64,000 nucleotides of DNA, from assembly GCF_009914755.1 (NCBI RefSeq), contig NC_060944.1, one strand, 5' to 3'. Shown piece after piece: positions 54,954 through 64,000 of this stretch. The DNA is from the human T2T-CHM13v2.0 reference genome, Homo sapiens. Position 1 is the first letter of the stretch. Every line of letters begins with the position of its first letter. Below the pieces are notes generated by a model. The model did not search any database and was not told where the DNA came from. It worked only from the letters and a program-made list of their open reading frames with translations. A program made the translations under genes and the position numbers.

Positions 54954-57900
54954 GAAAAGAATGGTTCAATTCTGGGAGAAGAATGCATACATGAAAAAGA
55001 AGTTTCTCAGAATGCCTCTTTCTACTTTTTATGTTAAGATATTTGTTTTTCACCTTAGGCCTCAAAGTGCTCAGAAATATCCCTTTGCAGATTGTAGAAA
55101 AAGATGGTTTCCAAACTGCTCAATGAAAACAAGGGTTCAACACTGTGACATGAATATGCACATCACAAAGAAGTTTTTCAGAAAGCTTCCGTTTAGTTTT
55201 TAAGTGAAGATAATTCCTTTTTCACTATAGGTCTCAAAGTGCTCCAAATATCCTTTTGCAGAATCTACAAAAAAAGAGTTTCCAAACTGTTCAATTAAAA
55301 GATAGATTCAAATCTGTCAGAAGAAAGCACACATCACAAAGAAGTTTCTCATAATGCTTCTGTCTACTTTTTTTGTGAAGATATTTCCTATATCACCATA
55401 GGCCTCAAAGGTCTCACAAATATCCCTTTGCAGACTGTACAAAAACACAGTTTTCAAACTGCTCCATGAAAAGAAAGGTTCAGCTCTGTGAGATGAATGC
55501 ACACATAATAAATTACTTTCTCATAATGCTTCAGTCTAGTTTTTATGTGAAGATATTTCTTTTTCACCATAGGCATCAAACCGTTCAGAAATATCCCTTT
55601 GTAGATTGTACAAAAAGACTGTTTCCAAACTGCTCAATCAAAAGAAAGGTTCAAACATGCGAGATGAGTGTACACATAACAAAGAAGTTTCTCAGAAATC
55701 TTCTGTCTTGTTTTTATGTGAAGATATTTCCTTTCTCAACATAGGCCTCAAAGCAATCCAAATATCCATTTGCAGATTCTACAAAAAGACTGTTTCCCAA
55801 CTGATCAATCAAAACAAATTTTTAGCTTTCTGAGATGAAAGCACACATCACAAAAAAGTTACTCAGATTTCTTCTCTTTAGTTTGTGTGTGAAAATATTT
55901 CCTCTTTCATCTGACGCCATAAAGGGCTCACAAATATCCCTTTGAAGTTTCTATGAAAACACTGTTTCCAAACTGCTTAATCAAAGGAAAGGTTCAACTC
56001 TGTGAGATGAATGGACACATCACAAAGAAATTTCTCGGACTGACTCTGTCTAGTTTTTATGTGAAGATATTACTCTTTCACCATAGGCCTCAAATGGATC
56101 AGAATTATCCCTTTGCAGATTGTACAATAAGCCTCTTTCCAACCTGCTCAATCAAAAAAAAAGGTTCAACTCTGTGAGATGAATGCACACATCACAAGGA
56201 AGTTTCTCAGAAAGCTTCTGTTTAGTTTTTATGTGAAGATATTTCTTTTTCACCATGGGCCTCAAAGTGCTCCAAATATCCATCTGCAGATTCTAGAAAA
56301 AGAGTGTTTCCATACTCCTCAATCAAAAGAAAGTTTCAATTCTGTGAGATGAAAGCACACATCACAAACAAGTTTCTTAGAAAGCTTCTGTCTAGTTTTT
56401 ATGTGAAGATATTTCACATTTCACCGTAGTACTCAATGGGCTCAGAAATATCCCTATGCAGATTCTACAAAAGGACTGTTTCCAAACTGCTCAATCCAAA
56501 TAAAGTTTCAACTCTGTGAGATTAATGCACACATCATAAAGAAGTTTCTCAGAATGCTTCTGTCTAGTTTATATGTGAAGAAAATTCCTACTTCACCATA
56601 GGCAATAAAGGGCTCACAAATATTTTTTGCAGATTCTACAAAAAGACTGTATCCAAATTGCTCAATCAAAAGAAAGAAAGTTTCAACTCTGTTAGATTAA
56701 TGGACACATAAAAAAGTAGTTTATCAGAAAACTTCTGTTTAGTTTTTATGTGAAGATATTTCCTTTGTCACCAATGACCTCAAAGCACTCCTAATATCCA
56801 TTTACAGATTTCACAAAAAGAGTTTTTCCAAATTGCTGAATCAAAAGAAAGATTTAACTCTGTGAGATGAAAGCACACATCTCAAAGAAGTTTCTCAGAA
56901 AGCTTTGGTCTGGTTTTCATGTGAAGATATTTCCAGTTTCACCATAGGCCTCAAAGGGCTAAGAAATATCCCTTTGCAGGTTCTAAAAGAGGACCATTTC
57001 CATACTGCTCAATCAAAAGAAAGGTTAAATTCTGTGAGGTGAATGCACACATTAGAATGAAGTTTCTCAGAATTCTTCTGTCTAGTTTTTATGTGAAGAT
57101 ATTTACTATTTCACTATAGGCTTCAAATGTCTCACAAATATCCCTTTGCAGATTCTACAAAAATATGGTTGCCGAACTTCTGAATTAAAAGAAGCATTCA
57201 ACTCTGTCAAATGAATGGAGACATCACAAAGAAGTTCCTCAGAATGCTTCTGTCTAGTTTAAATGTGAAGATATTTCTTTTTCACCATAGACCTCAAATG
57301 GCTCAGAAATATACCTTTGCAGATTGCAGAAAAATACTGTTTCTAAACTGCTCAAACAAAATAAAGTTTCAACACTGTGAGATGAATGCACACATCACAA
57401 AGAAGTTTCTCAGAAAGCTTCTGTGTAGTTTTTATGTGAAGGTATTTCCTTTTTCCCCATAGGCCTTAAACCGCTCACAAATATCCTTCTGCAGATACTA
57501 AAAAAATACTGTTTCCAAACTGCTCCATCAAAAGAAAAGTTCACCTCTCTGAGATGAATGCACACATCACAAAGAAGTTTCTCAGAATTCTTCTGTCTCG
57601 TTTTTATGTGAAGATATTTCCATTTTCACCTTAGGCCACAAAGTGCTCCAAATATCCATTTGCAGATTATTCAAAAAGACTGTTTCCAAACGGCTCAATC
57701 AAAAGAAATTTTCAACTCTGTGAGATGAAAGCACACATCACAAAGAACTCTCTCAGAAATCTTCTGTCTAGTTTTTATCTCAAGATAATTCCTATTTCAC
57801 CATAGGAATCAATGGGCTCACAAATACCCCTTTGCAGATTCTACAAAAGTTCTGTTTCCAAACTGCTCAATCAAAAGAAACGTTCAACATTGTGAGATGA

Positions 57901-60900
57901 ATGCACACATCACAAAGAAGTTTCTCAGAATGCTTCTGTCTAGTTATTATGTGAAGATATTTTCTTTTTCACCATAGTCTTTAAACCACTCAAAAATATC
58001 CTTCTGCAGATACTACAAAAAGACTGTTTCCAAACTGGTCCATCAAAGAATGTTTCAACTCTGTGAGATGAATGGACTCATCACAAAGAAGTTTCTCAGA
58101 ATTCTTCTGTCTAGTTTTTATGTGAAGATATTTCCTTTTTCACCATAGGCCTCAAATCGCTCTGAATATCCATTTGCAGATCCTACAAAAAGAATATTTC
58201 CAAACTGGTCAATCAAAAGAAAGGATCAACTCTGTGAGACGAAAGCACACATCACAAAGAAGTTTCTCAGAAAGCTTCTGTCTACTTTTTATGTGAAGGT
58301 ATTTCCTTTTGCACCATAGGCCTTAAACCGCTCACAAATATAACTCCACTTATACTACCAAGAGACTTTCTCCAAATTGCTAAATCAAAAAAAATGTTCA
58401 ACTCTGTGAGATGAATGCACACATCACAAATAAGTTTCTGAAAATGTTTTTGTCTAGTTTTCATGTGAAGATATTTATTTTTCACCATTGGCCTCAAACT
58501 GCTCAGAAATATCCCCTTGCAGTTTCTACAAAAAGACTGTTTCCAAACTGCTCAGTGAAAAGAAATGGTCAACTCTTAGATATGAATGGAAATGTCACAA
58601 AGAGTTTTCTCAAAAAGCTACTGTGTAGTTTTTATGTGAAGATATTTCCTTTTTCACTATAGGCCTTAAAACACTCCAAATATACATTTGCAGATTCTAC
58701 AAAAAGACTGTTTCCAAACTGCTCAATCAAATGAAAGGTTCAACTCTGTGATACAAACGTGCACACCACAAAGGAGTTTCTCAGAAAGCTTCTGTCTAGT
58801 TTTTATGTGAAGATATTTCATATTTCAACATAGGCCATAAAGGGCTCACAAATATCCCTTTGCAGATTCTAAGAGAAGACATTTTCCAAACTCCTCAATC
58901 AAAAGAAAGGTTTAACTCTGTGAGATGAATGGACACATCACAAAGAAGTTTCTTAGAAAGCTTCTGTCTAGTTTTTATGTGAAGATATTTCTTTTTCACT
59001 ATAGGCCTCAAACGGCTAAGAAATTTCCCTTTGCAGCTTCTACAAAAGACTGTTTCCAAACTGCTCAATCGAAAGAAAGGTTGAATTCTGTGACATGAAT
59101 TCACACATCACAAAGAAGTTTTTCAGAAATCTTCTGTCTAGTTTTTATGTGAAGATACTTTCTTTTTCACCATGGGCCTGAAATAGCTCCAAATATCCAT
59201 TTGCAGATTCTACAAAAAAGACTTTCCAAACTGCTCAATCAAAGAAAGGTTCAACACTGTGAGATGAAAGCACACATCACAAAGAAGTTTCTCAGAAATC
59301 TTCTGTCTAGTTTTTATGTGAAGATATTTCATATTTCACCACAGGCCATAAAGGGCTCACAAATATGCCTTGCAGATTCTACAAAACGACTGTTTCCAAA
59401 CTGCTCAATCAAAAGAAAGGTTCAACTCTGTGAGATGAATGGACATATCACAAGGAAGTTTCTCAGAATGCTTCTGTCAAGTTTTTATGTGCAGATATTT
59501 CGTTTTCACCATAAGCCTCAAATGGCTCAGAAATATCCCTTTGCAGATTGTACAAAAAGACTGTTTCTAAGCTGCTCATTCAAAAGAAAGATTCAACTCT
59601 GTGAAATGAAAGTGTGCATCACAAAGAAGTTTCTCAAAATGCTTCTGTCTTGTTTTTATGTGCATATATTTCCTTTTTAACTGTAGGCCTCAAAGCTCTC
59701 CAAATATCCTTTTGTAGATTCTTCAAAAATACTGTTTCCAAAGTTATCAATCAAAAGAAAGGTTCAACTCTGTAGGATGGAAGCACACATCACAAAGAAG
59801 TTTCTCAGAAAGCTTCTGTCTAGTATTTATGTGAATATATTTCCTATTTCATCATAGAACTCAAAGGGATCACAAATATCCCTTTGCAGATTCTACAAAA
59901 AGACTGCTTCCAAACTGTTCAATGAAAAGAAAGGTTCAACTCGTGAGGTGAATGCACAGATAAAAAAGAAGTTTCTCAGAATGCTTCTGTCAAGTTTTTA
60001 TGTGAAGTTATTTCTTTTTCACCATAGACCTCAAACCCCTCAGAAATATTCCTTTGCAGATTGCACAAAAAGAATGTCTCCAAACTCCTCAATGAAGAGA
60101 GAGGTTCAACTCTTTGAGATGAATGCAAATATCACAAAGAGTGATCTCAAAAAGTTTCTGTCTGATTTTTATGTGAAGATATTTAGTTTTTCACCATAGG
60201 CCTCAAACCGCTCACAAATATACCTTTGCAGATTCTACAAAATGACTTGTTCCCAAACTGCTCAATGAAAGAAAGGTTCAAATATGTCATATGAAAGCAC
60301 ACATCACAAAGAAGCTTCTCAGAAAGTTTCTGTCTAGTTTTTATGTGCAGATACTTCCTTTTTCACCTTATGCCTCAAAGCACTCCAAATATCTGTTTAC
60401 AGATTCTACAAAAAGAGTGTTTCCAAACTGCTCAATCAAAGGAAAGGTTCAACTCTGTGAAATGAAAGCACACATCACAAAGAAGTTTCTCAGAATGCTT
60501 CTGTCTAGTTATTATGTGAAGATATTACCTATTTCACCATAAGGTCTCAAAGGGCTCAGAAATATCCCTTTGCAGATTCTACAAAAGGACTGTTTCCAAA
60601 CTGCTCCATCAAAAAAAAGGTTCAACTCTGTGAGATGAAAGCACGCATCACAAAGAAGTTTCTCAGAAAGCTTCTGTCTAGTTTTTATGTGAAGATATTT
60701 CCTATTTCAATATAGGCCTCAAAGGGCTCAGAAATATCCCTTTGCAGATTCTATGAAAAGTCTGTTTCCGAACTACTCAATGAAATGAAAGGTTCAACTC
60801 TGTGGGTTGGATGTACACATCACAAAGAAGTTTCCCGGAATGCTTCTGTCTAATTTTTATGTGAACATATTTCTTTTTCACCGTAGGCCTAAAACTGCTC

Positions 60901-63900
60901 AGAAATATCCCTTTACAGATTGTGCAAAAAAACCGTTTCCAAACTGCTCAATGAAAAGGAAGATTTGACTCTGTGAGATGAATGCAAACATCACAAAGAG
61001 GTTTCTCAAAAAGCTTCTGTCTGGTTTTTATGTGAAGGTATTTCCTTTTTCACCATAGGCCTCAAACCACTAACAAATATCCCTTTGCAGATTCTACAAA
61101 AAGACTGTTTGCACACTGCTCAATGAAAAGAAAGGTTAAACTTTGTGTGATGAAAGCACACATCACAAAGAAGTTTCTCAGAATGCTTTTGTCTAGTTTT
61201 ATGTGAGGAAGTTTCGTTTTTCACCATACACCTCAAAGCGCTCCAAATATGCATTTGCAGATTTCACAAAAAGACTGTTTCCAAATTGCTCAATCAAAAG
61301 AATGGTACAGCTCTGTGAGATAAATGCACACATCACAAAAAGTTTCTCAGAAAACTTCTGTTTAGTTTTTATGTGAAGATATTTCCTTTGTCACCAATGG
61401 CCTCAAAACACTCCTAATATCCATTTACAGATTTCACAAAAAGAGTGTTTCCAAACTGCTCAATCAAAAGAAAGTTTTAACTCTGTGAGATGAAAGCATA
61501 CATCACAAAGGAGTTTCTTAGAAACTTTCTGTCTAGTTTTTATGTGAGGATATTTCATATTTCAAAATAGGTCTCAATGGGCTCAGAAGTATACCCTTAC
61601 AGATGCCACAAAAAGAGTGTTTCCAAAAAGCTCAATCAAAAGAAAGGTTTAACTCTGTAAGATGAATGCATACATTACAAAGAAGTTTCTCAGAATGCTT
61701 CTGTCTAGTTTTTTTGAGAAGCCATTTCCTTTTTCATTATGGGCCTCAGTCCACTCACTAATAGCCCTCTGCAGATACTACAAAAAGACTCTTTCCAAAC
61801 TGCTCAATCAAAATGAAGTTTCAAATCTGTGAGATGAAAGCCCACGTCACAAAGAAGTTTCTCAGAAAGTTTCTGTCTAGTTTTTATGTGAAGATATTCC
61901 CTATTTCACCTTAGGCCTCAAAGGGATCACAAATATCCCTTTTCGGGTTCTTCAAAAAACTGTTTCCAAACTGCTTCATCAAAAGAAAGGTTCAACTCTT
62001 TGAGATCAATGCACACATAAAAAATTAGTTTCTCAGAATGCTTCTGTCTACTTTTTATGTGAAGATATTACTTTTTCACCATAGGTCTCAAACCGTAAAC
62101 AAATATTCCTTTGCAGATTGCACAAAAAGTATGCTTCCACACTGCTCAATAAACAGAAAGGTTCAACTCAGTGAGATGAATGCATACATCACAAAGAGTT
62201 TTCTGAAAATGCTTCTATCTGGGTTTTAGGTGAAGATATTTACTTTTTCACTATAGGCCTCAAACCACTCACAAATGTCCCTTTGCAGATTCTACAAAAT
62301 GAATTGTTGCCAAACTGCTCAATGAAAAGCAAGGTCCAAATCTGTGAGATGAAAGCATGCATCACAAAGAAGTTTCTCAGAAAGTTTCTGTCTAGTTTTT
62401 ATATGCAGCTATTTCCTTTTTCAACCATAGGCCTCAAAGCACTCCAAATATCCATTTGCAAATTCTACAAAAAGAGTGTTTCCAAATTGCTCAATCAAAA
62501 CAGAGGTTTAACTCTGTGAGGTGAATGCACACAGCACAAAGTAGTTTTTCAGAAAGCTTCTGTCTAGTTTTTATGTAAAGACATTTCCTATTTCACCATA
62601 GGCCCCAATGGGCTCACAAATATCCCTTTACAGATTCTATAAAAGGACTCTTTCCAAACTTCTCAATCCAAGGAAAGTTTCAACTCTCTGATGTGAATGC
62701 AGACTTCACAAAGAAGTTTCTCAGAATGCTTCTGTCTAGTTTTTATGTGAAGATATTTCCTGTTCACCATAGGCCTAAAATGCTGCAAATATCCATCTTC
62801 AGATTCTACAAAAAGACTGTTTCCAAACTGCTCAATCAAAAGAAAAGTTCAACTCTGTGAGATGAAAACACACGTCACAAAGAAGTTTCTCAGAAAGCTT
62901 CTGTTTAGTTTTTTTTGTGAAGATATTCCCTATTTCACCATAGGCCTGAAAGGGCTCACAAATATCCTTTTGCATATTCTACAAAAAGACTGCTTCCAAA
63001 CTGCTCAATCAAAAGAGAGGTTCAACTCTGTGTGATGAATGCACACATTACAAAGAAGTTTCTCAGAATGCTTTTGTCTAGGTTTTATGTGAAGATATTT
63101 CTCTATCACAATAGACCTCAAATGGCTCAGAAATATCCCTTTGCAGATTGTACAAAAAGACTGTTTCCAAACTGCTCAATGAAAAGAAAGTTTCAACACT
63201 GTGAGATGAATGCACACATCACAAAGGAGTTTCTCAGAAAGCTTCTGTTTAGCTTTCATGTGAAGATATTTCCTTTTTCACCATAAGCCTCAATGGGCTC
63301 AGAAATATCCCTTTGCAGATTCTATGAAAGGACTGCTTATTAAACTGCTCAATCTAAAGAAAGTTTCAACTCTGTGGGATGAATGCACACATCATAAACA
63401 AGTTTCTCACAATGGATCTGTCGGCTTTTTATGTGAAGATATATTCTTTTTAACCACAGGCCTTAAACCGCTCATGAATATTCCTCTGCAGATACTACAA
63501 AAAGACTGTTTCCAAACTGCTGCATCCAAAGAAATGTTCATCTTCGTGAGATGAATACACACATCACAAAGAAGTTTCTCAGAATGCTTCTCTCTGGTTT
63601 TCATTTGAAGATATTTCCTTTTTCACCATAGGCCTCAAAGTGTTCCAAATATCCATTTACAGCCTCTACAAAAAGAGTGTTTCCAAACCGCTCTTTCAAA
63701 AGATAGGTTCATCTCTGTGAGATGAAAGTACACATCACAAAGTAGTTTCTCAGAAAGCTTCTGTCTAGTTTTTATGTGAAGATATTTCCTTTTTTACCAT
63801 AGGCCATAAAGGGCTCACAAATATTTTTTGCAAATACTACTAAAAGAATTTTTCCAAACTGCTCAATCCAAAGAAAGTTTCAACTCTGTGAGATGAATGG

Positions 63901-63948
63901 ACACATCACAGAGAAGTTTATCAGAATGCATCTGTCCAGTTTTTATGT
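54954..63948 (-). repeat. Alpha satellite, reverse, divergent class with loose three-monomer periodicity
   Basis: Resumes in register after the TSD; ~171-bp monomers. Confidence 0.97.
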
Positions 63949-63995
63949 TCACATAAAATATTTATGTGATAAATATTTTATGTGTGATATTTATT
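63941..63995. other. AT-rich nested inverted repeats (fold-back insertion) interrupting an alpha monomer
   Basis: cacataaaatatttat (63950-63965), gtg, ataaatattttatgtg (63969-63984): a perfect 16-bp inverted repeat. Confidence 0.8.
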
Positions 63996-64000
63996 TAGGC

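Overview
Primate (hominoid, human-like) pericentromeric DNA with no host genes. About 50 kb is divergent ~171-bp alpha satellite. Wherever I read the box position it is A-box/pJalpha type; I saw no CENP-B box and no homogeneous higher-order repeat. The satellite is arranged as several monomer-class layers with decayed dimer, trimer and multimer duplications, and it switches strand at ~20820 and ~44122. Six LINE-1 insertions (L1PA2/3/4-like, ~14 kb in total) interrupt it, all with the poly(A) end to the right; three carry 5' inversions. Most notable: (i) a full-length L1PA3 with a precise 5' inversion, so that the antisense promoter and an intact ORF0 face an in-frame chimeric ORF1(RRM-CTD)-ORF2-polyA unit while the sense promoter points into satellite; (ii) both satellite strand switches join the same two monomer positions (an AAAACT/AGTTTT internal inverted repeat); (iii) mosaic sharing of non-consensus variants among the L1 copies, suggesting gene conversion; (iv) a fold-back templated insertion at the window end. 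Short ORFs in the satellite are spurious. Comparisons to L1 consensus sequences are from memory, not computed alignments.
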